Origin: Victivallales bacterium
Lineage (GTDB): Bacteria > Verrucomicrobiota > Lentisphaeria > Victivallales > GWF2-38-69
Assembly (NCBI GenBank): GCA_963678745.2
Contig: CAXXMS010000004.1
Location: 16,089-80,088, forward strand
Reading direction: 5' to 3'
Length of the DNA stretch: 64,000 bases
Part shown: one piece after another, positions 1 through 10,155 of the stretch
Layout of the letters: each line of letters begins with the position of its first letter
Position numbering within the stretch: the first letter of the stretch is position 1
The notes under the pieces: model-generated
What the model was told of the DNA's origin: nothing
The model's input: the letters and a program-made list of their open reading frames with translations, nothing else
Databases searched by the model: none
Translations under genes and position numbers: made by a program

Positions 1-690
1 GCCTTGAATAGAGTAATTTGATTTATGTACTTTTACTATTATTCCAGTATTTTTAGATAAAGCGTTTTGGTAATCTTCTATTTCTGTTTTATTTGTTGAA
101 CCTACTTCTTTAACAATAGTATCTGAAGCTTCCATTATTTCATGAATTCTAAATGAACCACCAATTTCTACAAGCTCTCCTCGCGAAATAATAGCTTCCT
201 TATTTTTTGCAAGTGTATTAAGAATAAGAATAATTGCAGCAGCATTATTGTTTACTACAATAGCATCTTCAGCGCCTGTTATAAATTTTAGTTTCTCTGT
301 TATGTGGGTTAATCTATTTGTTCTAGTGCCAGTTTTTAGATCAAATTCCAGGTTTGAATATCCTAGACTTGAATTTTTAATTCTTTCAATACAATCTGAA
401 CTTAGAGGAGAACGTCCAATATTTGTGTGTAATATTATGCCTGTAGCATTTATTACCTTTTTAAAAGAGCTGTCTTTTAAAGAATAAGCAATATTTTTTA
501 TTTCTGATGTTATTTCTGTTAAAGACAGTGGGCTGCTATTTGATTCTTTTATTTTATTTCTATATTGTTGAATTATTGTCCTGGCGGCATATAAGACAAT
601 ATCTCTTCCGAACTGTTTTATTAATGAAGAGATTTCATCTCCTGTCATTAATTTCTCTATGCTTGGAAGGTTTCTATAGTTATAATTCAT
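1..690 (-). CDS. selA: L-seryl-tRNA(Sec) selenium transferase SelA, N-terminal 230 codons (rest lies beyond the left window edge)
   Basis: Absent from the ORF track because it runs off the window. The reverse-strand ATG at 690-688 opens a frame that I translated codon by codon and that stays open to position 1: MNYNYRNLPSIEKLMTGDE...KVINATGIILHTNIGRSPL...AIVVNNNAAAIILILNTLA...ISRGELVEIGGSFRIHEIM...KVHKSNYSIQG. These match conserved SelA motifs. The start overlaps the thpR stop by 11 nt. Confidence 0.85.
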   Translation of the reverse strand, partial: MNYNYRNLPSIEKLMTGDEISSLIKQFGRDIVLYAARTIIQQYRNKIKESNSSPLSLTEITSEIKNIAYSLKDSSFKKVINATGIILHTNIGRSPLSSDCIERIKNSSLGYSNLEFDLKTGTRTNRLTHITEKLKFITGAEDAIVVNNNAAAIILILNTLAKNKEAIISRGELVEIGGSFRIHEIMEASDTIVKEVGSTNKTEIEDYQNALSKNTGIIVKVHKSNYSIQG

Positions 691-1231
691 TTTCTGTAGT
701 TACTTTTTTATATATTGGTCCTGAGTGAGTAAGATAACTTATATAAACATTAACTGATGTTGGGGAAAATTTGAAATTACTATCAATAAAATTTTCCTTA
801 TTTAGGTTCCTGAATATCTTTTTTGAATTTGATGTTTTAATTCTAGCTAAAGTAATATGTGGCAACCAGATTTCATAGTCTGAAGTAAGATTATTGCTAA
901 TTAAAATATTATTGACAATATTAGAAGCATTATTATTCATGTCTATTATTTTTAAACATAAAACACTATGTTTTGAACCAAGCATATTAATTCTATCTAT
1001 ACCAAAACATATCTGATTAATTGTAGTATTTAAGTTCCTAATATTGGCTGCAATTTGTAACAGGTCTTCTTTCGTTCTATTTCCCATAAAATTTATAGTG
1101 ATATGTAAATTCCGGGATTTAGTCCATTTAGCATCAAAATCATTTTTTATTAAAAATTCTTTTACGCTAAAGCAATAGTCAAGAGTTTTTTGAGGTAGCT
1201 GGAAAGCAATGAATGATCTATAGAAATTCAT
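680..1231 (-). CDS. thpR: 2H-phosphoesterase family protein (RNA 2',3'-cyclic phosphodiesterase / 2'-5' RNA ligase-like)
   Basis: 183-aa ORF with the two H-x-T-x motifs of the 2H superfamily (LHITINFMG and PHITLARI) at the expected spacing. Confidence 0.7.
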   Translation of the reverse strand: MNFYRSFIAFQLPQKTLDYCFSVKEFLIKNDFDAKWTKSRNLHITINFMGNRTKEDLLQIAANIRNLNTTINQICFGIDRINMLGSKHSVLCLKIIDMNNNASNIVNNILISNNLTSDYEIWLPHITLARIKTSNSKKIFRNLNKENFIDSNFKFSPTSVNVYISYLTHSGPIYKKVTTENEL

Positions 1232-1264
1232 TTAGGTGCTAGAATGTAATGATATTTTATTAGA

Positions 1265-1344
<80 letters not shown>

Positions 1345-1424
1345 ATAAATTGATTCATTAAAAGTGATAGTGACGTATGGATAAAAAACACGTCACTAAT
1401 ATAATTAATCTTTAACTGTTATTT

Positions 1425-1997
1425 TTAAATTAATGATATAACAACAGATTTTAATCTGTCAGAACCGTTAACTTCAATGCTTTCAGTTTTGATTTCTTTG
1501 TCTTCTTTTAGTGTCATATGTACAATACGACGATCATGAGAATTCATGGGAGGAAGAGTAACTGCTTCTCCCCAGCGTTTAACTTCTTTAGCTGCATCAA
1601 GGGTCTGCTGTTTTATATTTTCAGGTTTTTTAGATGATCTAAATTTTCTCTTATCTGAAAAATCCCCTTTTTTCTTGCCAGAATAACCATTTCTCTTTTT
1701 TGCTCCGCCGCCTTTTACATAATGGCCATTATTTCCTTTAGAGTAACCATCTACGTCGATAGAAATCCAAGGGCAATCGATATCATTTTTTGTTGCCATT
1801 CTATTAAGTAATAATTCAAGGCTTTGAAGAGATTGTCCTTTTTTACCAATAATTCTACCGGCGTCATCAGAACTAGTGCTTAGTACAAATTTACCATTTT
1901 TTTCTTCACCTTTTACACTTGCATTTAGGCCAAGGTAATCCAGCATTGTGGCCAAGGTGGTTGACGCTTTCGTTAAACGTTCATTACTTTCTGTCAT
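1425..1997 (-). CDS. jag: Jag/KhpB-type RNA-binding protein (KH + R3H domains)
   Basis: KH-like GRIIGKKGQSLQSLELLLNRM and R3H-like MNSHDRRIVHMTLKED motifs. Lies immediately downstream of yidC, as in the conserved yidC-jag pair. Confidence 0.8.
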   Translation of the reverse strand: MTESNERLTKASTTLATMLDYLGLNASVKGEEKNGKFVLSTSSDDAGRIIGKKGQSLQSLELLLNRMATKNDIDCPWISIDVDGYSKGNNGHYVKGGGAKKRNGYSGKKKGDFSDKRKFRSSKKPENIKQQTLDAAKEVKRWGEAVTLPPMNSHDRRIVHMTLKEDKEIKTESIEVNGSDRLKSVVISLI

Positions 1998-2053
1998 TTT
2001 AAACTCCTTCGAGAAGCAGATTTTTCATTATTATATTTTCTGCTTCAAATCTT

Positions 2054-3853
2054 TTATGCGGTTTTGAGATTTTCTTTTTTACCTGAATATCTATTAAATA
2101 ATAATTGAACAATACTGATTAGCTGACTAACTGTCCAATACAATGTCAAACCTGATGGCATATTGTAAAGGAAGAAAAGCATTACAACAGGCATAAGCAT
2201 CATCATTTTAGCCTGTGCAGGGTCAGTAGCAGTAGGTGTTAATTTCTGCTGTAAAACCATAGTCAAAGCCATGGCTATTGCCAAAGGATTAATTGGAACT
2301 CCCATAATGTGCCCAATTGTGTCCGGCAATGTAAGATTATTTATCCATAAAAAAGAAACCTGACGAAGCTCTATTGCACCGTCAAGAGTCCAATACAAAG
2401 CAAAAAACACAGGGATTTGAACTAAAATCGGAAGACATCCACCAAGTGGATTAACCTTTTCTTTACGATAAAGTTCCATTGTTTTTGCATTTAATTTCTG
2501 TTTGTCATCTTTGTATTGTTCACGTAATTCCTTTATCAAAGGCTGAAGTTTCTGCATTCTCCTCATGGAAACATTTGATTTATGAGTAATTGGCCAGAAT
2601 ATGAGTTTAACAATTACTGTTAAAAGGATTATTGCCCAACCATAACTTCCGACGATTCCCTTTAAAAATATTAATGCGTAAAGGAGCCATAGAGAAATAG
2701 TATCAAGAAAGCTAAATGCTAAATGCATAATACCTGTAGCTTCCGGGGCAAAAGCTTTTAATAGAGTAACGTTTTTGGGACCTACATAATATTCAAAATC
2801 CCAAGTATGTTTATTATTAGCTTCTATATTAATATTGCCCATTCTTCCAGCAGCACTAATTATAGTATAATCAGTTTCTTTCCCATCTTTATCTTTAACA
2901 TTTTCTGTATAGCTATGATTAATATTTCCAGAATTAAAAGTAGCATTTTTTCCTGTCGGTTTTAAAATACAGGCAAAATATTTATCTGATACAGATAACC
3001 ATTTTATTGGATCATACTGAATCATATCATTTTTTAATTCTTTATCAGAAGATTTAACTGAATCTATGCCGCCTTTTGCAAGTAAGGCATCTATTCTATG
3101 GGATTCACTTCTAGCATAATCTCCTGAAAGATATTGAATAGGTCTTATTCCTCCTGCCCAAAAATCAATTTCTTTGAATTTCAAATTGTTGCTGTTTGGA
3201 TTAATTACCGATACAGAATAGTTTATCACATAGGACTTATTTAAAGACCATTTTTGTATTACAAAAAATTCAGTACCATCAGCTTTGCTAAATTCTCTCT
3301 TTAGAGTAACAGATTGCTTTTCTTTGTTAACAACAGGCTTGTAAACGTTTATTAATTTCCACTTGTTAGTTCTATCTGATATAGAAAGTGCCCCTGGAAT
3401 TATTTCGTTATTAAGCACGACATCTGCTGTTTTATCTGAATTTTTATATTTTTTTAAGGTAACAGAACTTATCTCACCTTTAACCGGGTTGATTTTAAAG
3501 GTGTATAATGATTCTTGGGAGTTTAACTCAATATCTGAAAATTTTGTTGTTATGTCTTTTTCTTCAGGAAGCTTAAGCAATGAATTCTTTTTTACATTAA
3601 CATTTTCTTTTTCTTTTGCAGCAAGTTTTTCGGTAGTATTTTTTGTTATTTGTTCTACAGGTTTTTCTTTTGCCGGTTCAGCATTTTTCTCTTTTTCTGT
3701 AGTCTTCTGTACTTCTGATGTGTTTTTAGATTCAGAAGTTGGCATCCAGTTTAAACCGCTAGGACCGAATATATAATTCCAAGAAATTAATAACACGGCA
3801 CAAATTGTGACAATTATGACAGTTGAAGCATCAAATTTCTTTTTAAACATCAA
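2054..3853 (-). CDS. yidC: membrane protein insertase YidC (long periplasmic P1 domain, Gram-negative type)
   Basis: 599 aa with an N-terminal TM segment, a large hydrophilic domain and the conserved C-terminal core (KMQKLQPLIKELREQYKDDKQK, NPLGGCLPILVQIPVFFALYWTL). Synteny with yidD and rnpA. Confidence 0.95.
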   Translation of the reverse strand: MMFKKKFDASTVIIVTICAVLLISWNYIFGPSGLNWMPTSESKNTSEVQKTTEKEKNAEPAKEKPVEQITKNTTEKLAAKEKENVNVKKNSLLKLPEEKDITTKFSDIELNSQESLYTFKINPVKGEISSVTLKKYKNSDKTADVVLNNEIIPGALSISDRTNKWKLINVYKPVVNKEKQSVTLKREFSKADGTEFFVIQKWSLNKSYVINYSVSVINPNSNNLKFKEIDFWAGGIRPIQYLSGDYARSESHRIDALLAKGGIDSVKSSDKELKNDMIQYDPIKWLSVSDKYFACILKPTGKNATFNSGNINHSYTENVKDKDGKETDYTIISAAGRMGNINIEANNKHTWDFEYYVGPKNVTLLKAFAPEATGIMHLAFSFLDTISLWLLYALIFLKGIVGSYGWAIILLTVIVKLIFWPITHKSNVSMRRMQKLQPLIKELREQYKDDKQKLNAKTMELYRKEKVNPLGGCLPILVQIPVFFALYWTLDGAIELRQVSFLWINNLTLPDTIGHIMGVPINPLAIAMALTMVLQQKLTPTATDPAQAKMMMLMPVVMLFFLYNMPSGLTLYWTVSQLISIVQLLFNRYSGKKENLKTA

Positions 3854-3854
3854 T

Positions 3855-4133
3855 TTAATTCCAGTATTTTTTTAAGTTAACTTTTATATTAATTTTTTCC
3901 GGTACAGGATCCAACCCACCTTTACATAATGGTTGGCAACGAAGAATTCTGTAAGTCCCCAATATTACTCCCCAAAAAGCTCCATGTTTTTTTATGGCTT
4001 CAGCAGTGTATTCGGAACATGAAGGGTAGAATCGACAACAATTTAACCATGGTGTAAGAAATTGATAAATCCTAATTAAAAACACTAATGTAACAGAAAT
4101 AAATTTAATTTTTCTTTTAATTATTTTGTCCAT
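3855..4133 (-). CDS. yidD: membrane protein insertion efficiency factor YidD
   Basis: 92 aa with [19 protein letters not shown]...[17 protein letters not shown], the typical YidD signature. Lies between rnpA and yidC. Confidence 0.9.
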   Translation of the reverse strand: MDKIIKRKIKFISVTLVFLIRIYQFLTPWLNCCRFYPSCSEYTAEAIKKHGAFWGVILGTYRILRCQPLCKGGLDPVPEKINIKVNLKKYWN

Positions 4134-4519
4134 AACTTAGCTTTTTTTAATAGAAAAATCATTTCTGCCTGAATGTCTTGAAGTTTTTTACCTATCATTC
4201 TTTTTCTTGGAATAAATACTATATGTGACTCACATATTTGAGATTTTATCAGGCGAAACGATTCTTTAATGAGTCTTCTTGCCCTATTACGGCAAACAGC
4301 ATTCTTGTTAAACTTTCGTCCACAAACAACTCCAAATCTTAACCTATTATCTGGAGCTTTTGTATGAACTAAAAGAAAATACTTCCCCACATATTTTGTT
4401 CCATTAACTTTTACATTGTCAAATTCTGATTTCAAATTCAATGTTTTATCTGAATCTAAAGTAGCTTTACCGAATTGAAGAATCGAAGTTAAACTGTCAT
4501 GTTTTTTTTTAATTTTCAT
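4121..4519 (-). CDS. rnpA: ribonuclease P protein component
   Basis: 132-aa basic protein with [28 protein letters not shown] (the RnpA RNR motif). Lies directly downstream of rpmH. Confidence 0.9.
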   Translation of the reverse strand: MKIKKKHDSLTSILQFGKATLDSDKTLNLKSEFDNVKVNGTKYVGKYFLLVHTKAPDNRLRFGVVCGRKFNKNAVCRNRARRLIKESFRLIKSQICESHIVFIPRKRMIGKKLQDIQAEMIFLLKKAKLWTK

Positions 4520-4594
4520 TCTTAGGTTCAGGCAAATTACTGGAACAATTATAACTTATTATTTAAAGGTAAAAGTAAAAGGGAGGGTTTTGCT

Positions 4595-4729
4595 TTAAGC
4601 GCTGATTCTTTTGCGACCTTTTGCACGGCGTCTTTTAATGATATTTCTACCGTTACTTGTTGCCATTCTAGCTCTGAAACCCATTTTTCTTTTTCTTTTT
4701 AAATTTGATGGTTGAAAAGTTCTTTTCAT
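4595..4729 (-). CDS. rpmH: 50S ribosomal protein L34
   Basis: Too short for the ORF track. The reverse strand encodes [44 protein letters not shown] (44 aa), a textbook L34 sequence. Confidence 0.95.
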   Translation of the reverse strand: MKRTFQPSNLKRKRKMGFRARMATSNGRNIIKRRRAKGRKRISA

Positions 4730-4896
4730 TTTTCTATTCCTTAAAATTTAACGATTAACAGTTATACATAATAATATTATTCAAAATAAACCAAAAGAGC
4801 ACTTAAAATAATATCATTTCTCCCTAAGTCAAGTATTTTTATTTTAATTATCATTATTTCAATAAATGAGTTACTAAAGTTTCGGGTTTTAATTTC

Positions 4897-5501
4897 TTAA
4901 ATTAAAGCCCCAACTTTTTCCGTTTTTATCTCTGCTTTAATGTAATTATCATCAAGTTGAAGAGCTTTTTCAAGCATATCTTCAATAGAGCATGAGATTT
5001 TATTTTTTATTTTGTTTAAAGTATTTTTCCCTATCATTTTTTCAAATGAATCAAGTACACCGTGTATGATGTTTTTAAATAATTTCCACAGCATAGCTGC
5101 AAAAGTTAATATTTCAATTCTATCTGTAATACTGTTTCTGTATTCAGCAAATGTAATATCTCCTTCAGAAATCATTCCATGAAGGAGCAGCATATATCGC
5201 ACAGCCGTTATATGAATAGAAGCGTAATGAGATGTATATGCCGGTGATTGTTCTTTCAACCATCCAAAATTCTGCTTTATTTCTTTAAAATAGACCTCTA
5301 TTGCCCATCTCATAGCATATACTTCAAGAATTTTTTCATCTGTTAAAACTGTATCAGTACTTAAAAATGCAGCCCATTGCTCTTTCTTTTGCTTTCGGGG
5401 AGCAGAAAATACAAGTTTAACATCTATCCATTCTTCTTTTATATTGTCATCTGATATATTGAGCTTAACAATAAGAGACACTGTCTTCCATTTACAGTTT
5501 T
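4897..5501 (-). pseudogene. IS4-like DDE transposase, C-terminal fragment
   Basis: Contains YAMRWAIEVYFKEIKQNFGWLKEQS, the Y-x2-R-x3-E signature region of IS4-type transposases. The frame is open up to the intron border (KNCKWKTVSLIVKLN...). Confidence 0.8.
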
Positions 5502-6250
5502 TCGTTTGCCCAGCAAAGCTGGCAAACCCGTCATGCAGAAAGAAGCATGAAACACCCAGTTCAGGGGGAAGTTAATCCGAATTGCAAGGGCTTTACTGGT
5601 AACGGTATTGTCTGAAGGAAGCAATAGGAAGTAAACAGTACATAACGAAAGTGAACCTGCTTCGGCGCTGTTGGTAGGTAAGCGTGCAAAATATCGCAAA
5701 GCCTGATACCTGAACATACCAATAGTGTGATTGAGGATGAGATTGTTTACAGGGACCAGTGTATTAACTGGGGAAGCCTTATACTGTTCTGTTTTTTTTT
5801 ACAGATATTGATGTTCAAGCAGAAATGTAAGACTGATAGATGTGGTGTGAGGTGGCAGATGAACCCGTAGTAGTGATGAAATTTCTGCCTGTGAAAGCTG
5901 GTAACAGACTGGAGGATAAAACAGAAATGATTAACTGCCTATCAGTTAAATGCAGTATTATTCAAAAGATATGCTGTAATGCGAAGGGGTGAAGTTAATT
6001 TGAAAACTGATATTATACATTTAACCTGATAGAACAGAACACAAACTATCCAACGGGATGGAGTCCTTTACACATGGTTGAAGTGGAAGCTTCACACTGT
6101 GTGTTTTGACTGTTCATCAGAGTAAGTACGGTCAACAGATATATATTGCCATTCAGGATAGAAAGTATCTGCCCGCACTGAAGGTCAACTGAATGTTCAA
6201 TTTAGGAGAATGGATAAATCAGTGCAGTAACCATAAAAAGGAATAATGAA

Positions 6251-7513
6251 TTGAAATATTACAGTTTATATGACAGAATGCTGAACCGTAAGAACCTTAC
6301 AGAGGCATTCCACAAAGTAAAATCAGCGAATGGAGCTCCCGGCATAGACGGGCAGTCCGTCAAAGATTTTGCCGTTAATCTTGATGTTGAAATTGATGAA
6401 CTCCTTTTTGAGCTGAAGAATAAAACCTATAAATCCAAGCCTGTAAAACAGGTGTCAATTCCGAAGAAAAGCGGAGGTGAAAGAATTTTAGGAATCCCTT
6501 CAGTTCGTGACAGAGTTGTACAGCAGGCTCTGCTTAACATACTTCAGCCAATATTTGATTGTGATTTTCATCCTTCCAGCTATGGTTATAGACCAGGCAG
6601 AAGCGGTCATAATGCAATCAGTAAGGCAAGTATGTTTATCCGCAAATACAATATGGAGTGGGTTGTTGATATGGATCTGAGCAGATGTTTTGATACGCTT
6701 AATCATGATATAATAATCCAGTCATTTAGAAAATGGATAGTTGATGGAAGTATTCTCAATTTAATAAGAATATTTCTTGAAAGCGGAGCAATGAAAGACA
6801 GTGTTTTTGCAGATACAGATACAGGTAGTCCGCAGGGCGGAGTAATCAGTCCTTTTATAGCTAATGTCTATCTTGATCATTTTGATAAATTCATGATGAA
6901 CAGAAATTATCGAATAGTACGTTATGCTGATGATATCCTGGTATTCTGTTTTTCCAAGAGCGGAGCTTATAATGCACTTGCAAAAGCAACGGATTATCTT
7001 GAAAAGGACTTAAAGCTTACAGTCAATAAAACCAAAACACATGTTACACATTCCTGTATGGGAGTAAAATTTCTTGGTGTTGAAATACATACCAATTTTA
7101 CAAAGATTCAGGATTGCAGATTAAAGGAGTTTAAGAATAAAATTAAACGCCTGACCAAACGTAACAGCGGAGGTAATCTTGGCGGCATGATAAAAGTTTT
7201 AAATCCAGTTATCAGAGGATTTGCCTACTATTTCAGAATTGCAAACTGTAAAAGAATCTACAGAGAGTTGATGAGTTGGATCAGACACAGGCTTAGAGCA
7301 AAACAGATGAAGCTTTGGAAAACTCCAAAGAAACTTCATAGGAGGCTTAGACAGCTTGGCTATAACGGCAACTTTAAGAAAATCAAAATGTCTTCATGGA
7401 GAAATTCTTCAAGTCCACAGGCTCATTATGCTATTCCAAATTCTTTCTTTGATGAAAGTGGACTGTTTGACATTTACAAAGTACAAACTGGTATTACTGT
7501 TCTATTAAAATAG
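6251..7513 (+). CDS. group II intron reverse transcriptase/maturase (no HNH endonuclease module)
   Basis: 420 aa with GIDG, YGYRPGRSGHNAI, DLSRCFDTLNHD, SPQGGVISPFIANVYL and RYADDILVF (RT blocks 1-7), followed by the maturase X region (PVIRGFAYYFRIAN). There is no Cys/His-rich tail. Confidence 0.9.
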   Translation: MKYYSLYDRMLNRKNLTEAFHKVKSANGAPGIDGQSVKDFAVNLDVEIDELLFELKNKTYKSKPVKQVSIPKKSGGERILGIPSVRDRVVQQALLNILQPIFDCDFHPSSYGYRPGRSGHNAISKASMFIRKYNMEWVVDMDLSRCFDTLNHDIIIQSFRKWIVDGSILNLIRIFLESGAMKDSVFADTDTGSPQGGVISPFIANVYLDHFDKFMMNRNYRIVRYADDILVFCFSKSGAYNALAKATDYLEKDLKLTVNKTKTHVTHSCMGVKFLGVEIHTNFTKIQDCRLKEFKNKIKRLTKRNSGGNLGGMIKVLNPVIRGFAYYFRIANCKRIYRELMSWIRHRLRAKQMKLWKTPKKLHRRLRQLGYNGNFKKIKMSSWRNSSSPQAHYAIPNSFFDESGLFDIYKVQTGITVLLK

Positions 7514-7528
7514 AATAATAATTAACAT

Positions 7529-7559
7529 GAGCCGTATACGAGGACCGTACGTACGGTTC
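7529..7559 (+). ncRNA. group II intron domain V (intron 1)
   Basis: GAGCCGTATACGAGGACCGTACGTACGGTTC. GAGCCGTAT pairs with GTACGGTTC to form a 9-bp lower helix that includes the AGC triad. There is a 2-nt AC bulge and a short capped upper helix. It lies 16 nt after the RT stop, as expected. Confidence 0.8.
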
Positions 7560-7603
7560 TGTGAGAGGGATAAGATAAGAGTTATAGCCTTATCTTACCC
7601 TAC

Positions 7604-8462
7604 TCGATTTTTTATTAAAGCGTCTTTTTATGAGGAGATACAGCTCTTTCAGGCAATACTTTCTATCGTTGAGACTATATTGCATTTTGCTTCTTTTGGC
7701 TCTGAAAATTCCTGTCATGCCAAGATCTTTTACTGTTTTAATATTTTCCTTTGTATTAAACCAGGAATCTGCAAGCGTATACTTTGCCTGAAAACCATGC
7801 CTTACTGCTCTTTTTAGCATTAAACGGAACATTTCATTTTTATTATTTTCTTTCGCTGAATGAAAGTCTTTTGCAACAGCGCTTTTCTCATTTTTGAATT
7901 CTTCATTGAGATAATGAGTTTTTTTAGAACCAATATAAATCTGACGGTCTAATGGAAGAAAACCATTCTTAAACGAAATGCCAAGCTCAAGCATCTGATG
8001 TCCTTTTACGGTCCTGCATTCTGAATGTTCGAAGTGGTTTGAGGTTCCTTCTATTTTATTGCCACTACGCTTTTTTATTGTATCATCGAAAACAAAAGCT
8101 TTTTCCTTTTCGTATGCTAATTTATTTTGAGTATAAATAGTCTTTGCTGTGTCAAGTGATATAAGACGCCAGTTAACCTCTTCGCTTTTCATCATTTCAT
8201 AGAGAACATCTTTTCCTCCGGGAAAAAACGCTTTTAAACATTTAGAACAAAACATCCTTATAGAATTTTGCTTAAGAAAACTCCAGATTATTAGAGTATA
8301 AATAATTGTGTCTACTGAATAACCATGCCGTTTTGATATTTTACTGTGCTTTCTGAATATTTTGAAAAAGTTTACTGACTTTATTGCACTTTGAATTTCA
8401 TTGTCTGCAAAAACATAATCCTGTTTTAAATTATCCGATATTGGCGTTAATGTATTATTCAT
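7604..8462 (-). pseudogene. IS4-like DDE transposase, N-terminal fragment
   Basis: ORF-track entry 7590..8462. IS4-type motifs VFDDTIKKRSGNKIEG and LADSWFNTKENI are present. The last 4 codons plus the stop (SRVR*) are read-through into the intron 3' end. Confidence 0.8.
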
Positions 8463-8606
8463 ATTTTGAATTAACCTTTTTATAATATTTTTATTAAATG
8501 TTTAGTAGCATTAATAATATACTGTATGTTAAGGTTAATTCTCTTATTATAAATAACTTAACTGGTATTTATTAAATCCGAAAGTTAAGTGAGTTAATTG
8601 AAAAGT

Positions 8607-9228
8607 TGAAATGGGCGGCAAAATTTGAACAGTTTTGATAAGTGTGAAATTTCCTTTTATTGATATAATAAACTTATGCAATGAAAGGAGTTATTCCCAT
8701 GAGAAAAAGTTATGGCAGTAAATTCAAGGCAAAAGTAGCACTTGAGGCCTTAAAGGGAGAACACACAATAACCGAGCTTGCCTCAAAGTTTGAAGTTCAC
8801 CCTAATCAAATAAGCAATTGGAAAAGACAATTTGTAGAGAATATGTCTTTTGCGTTTGATTCACCTCGAAAAAAAACAGAAAAGGAATCAGAAATAACCC
8901 GTGATGATCTTTTAAGAGAAATTGGTCAATTAAAAGTGGAGAACGAGTTTCTTAGAAAAAAGTACAATAAACTGTTCGGGTAAACAAAGAAGATATTGAT
9001 CCCAATAATAAAAAGATTTCTATTACTCGACAGTGTAAGCTTTTAGGTATTTCATGCGGTAAATACTATTATAAGCGCAGGAAAAGCCCAAAGCATAGTA
9101 ATGAAACTTTTAAAGGTTTTGTAACTCAGGCCTAAAAACAATGAAAGAGCTTGGTCTCAAAGCAATATATCCCAAGCCTAAGACTACAATTCCGAATAAA
9201 GATAATAAGAAATATCCATATTTACTAA
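8607..9228 (+). mobile_element. IS3-family remnant (orfA intact, orfB internally deleted and truncated by the IS5-like element)
   Basis: After orfA, fragments of an OrfB N-terminus are recognisable (ISITRQCKLLGISCGKYYYK, then ELGLKAIYPKPKTTIPNKDNKKYPYLL) with stops between them. Homology ends at the IS5-like insertion at 9228/9229. The left end is a guess. Confidence 0.6.
8681..8983 (+). CDS. IS3-family transposase OrfA (HTH protein)
   Basis: MRKSYGSKFKAKVALEALKGEHTITELASKFEVHPNQISNWKRQF... followed by a leucine-zipper-like tail (LLREIGQLKVENEFLRKK), typical of IS3 OrfA. Confidence 0.85.
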   Translation: MKGVIPMRKSYGSKFKAKVALEALKGEHTITELASKFEVHPNQISNWKRQFVENMSFAFDSPRKKTEKESEITRDDLLREIGQLKVENEFLRKKYNKLFG

Positions 9229-10121
9229 GAACCTGTTTATGATCTTCTCAGCAACAATGCAATAAATGCAACATTTACCATTTGCATACTTGTTTCAATT
9301 TTTCTTTCACAGTTTTTCCAAAGCCTTCTACATTTTTCAAGCCACGAAAAACTGCGCTCAACAATCCATCGTTTTGGTAATACTTTAAACGTATGCAGCT
9401 CGTTTCTCTTAACAACTTCTACAGTAGAACCAATAATTTCTTTTACTTTTCCTGCAAATTTCTCACCAGTATAGCCTCCATCGGCTAAAACATTGATAAC
9501 ATTGCAGAGTTTCTCTTTTCTATTACTGAACATTGTTACTGCACCGTCTCTGTCTGTAACATTTGCAGTTGTAATGTATATTGCATGTGGTAATCCAAGT
9601 ATATCAACTGCTATATGGCGTTTAATTCCTGAAACCTTTTTACCGGTATCATATCCTTTTTGTTCTGCTGTTTCGGTATTTTTAACACTTTGAGCATCAA
9701 TAATACAGAATGTAGTTTCCTCATTTCTGCCATTCTTAATCCTCTCTTTGCCAACCAGCTTTTTTTAATGCTGCATCAAAAATACTTTCTCCTGATTCAT
9801 TCCCGCTTTTCCATATTTTAAAATAAGCATATACACTCGACCACTTTGGATAATCTTTGGGTAACATTCTCCATTGGCAACCTGTTTTGACAACATAAAG
9901 TATTCCACAAAAAACATCATACAGATCTAACTTCCTTGGCTTTGTCTTTTTTCTGGCACCTTCAAGCATTGGACGTATTATTTCAAATTGGGTTCGTGAT
10001 ATGTCACTCGGATAACTTGCTCGCATAAAATATTTCCATAAAATTAATAATTGATAAAAATCATTTTTATACTCCATTATATAGAAAATTACTAGACCTT
10101 AAAAAGATTTTAAACAGATTC
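9229..10121 (-). mobile_element. IS5-family insertion sequence (two-ORF type) with TAA target duplication
   Basis: Terminal IRs are GAACCTGTTTATGATC (9229) and the reverse complement of GATTTTAAACAGATTC (ends 10121). They are flanked by TAA at 9226-9228 and 10122-10124. Confidence 0.75.
9237..10077 (-). pseudogene. IS5-family transposase in two frames (frame change at an A7 run near 9760)
   Basis: The N-terminal ORF 9736..10077 carries the DUF4096-type motif VVKTGCQWRMLPKDYPKW. The downstream frame reads KKLVGKERIKNGRNEETTFCIIDAQSVKNTE...ADGGYTGEKF...RWIVERSFSWLEKCRRL. The two frames are offset by +1, not the usual -1. Confidence 0.7.
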
Positions 10122-10155
10122 TAAGGAAAAAACACTTAGTAAGAAATTTGAAAAA

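Larger units (their letters stand above)
5502..7605 (+). mobile_element. group II intron 1 (full length, En-less RT/maturase), antisense inside the IS4-like transposase gene
   Basis: The 5' end is GTTTGCCCAGC at 5504, compared with GTGTGCCCAGC in intron 2. About 750 nt of non-coding RNA precede the RT ORF in the domain IV position. Domain V lies at 7529-7559 and domain VI ends at ...CCCTAC (7603). The borders are ambiguous by 2 nt because TC is repeated at both junctions. Confidence 0.85.
4868..8594 (-). mobile_element. IS4-superfamily insertion sequence, transposase gene interrupted by a group II intron
   Basis: Imperfect terminal inverted repeats: TTACTAAAGTTTCGGGTTT near 4871 versus the reverse complement of AAATCCGAAAGTTAAGTGA near 8574-8592. 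They flank the two transposase fragments. The end coordinates are approximate. Confidence 0.6.

Noticed and set aside
248-728. ORF-track entries 248..487 (+) and 507..728 (+)
   Set aside because: They lie antisense to the well-supported selA frame (1-690, minus strand) and have low-complexity hydrophobic translations typical of shadow ORFs in AT-rich DNA.
5439-5717. ORFs inside intron RNA regions (5439..5717, 16663..16854, 16832..17086, 18289..18708, 7527..7817)
   Set aside because: They fall in the structured 5' or 3' RNA domains of the three group II introns, or straddle intron/exon borders. The composition there is noticeably more GC-rich and RNA-like, and no protein motifs are present.
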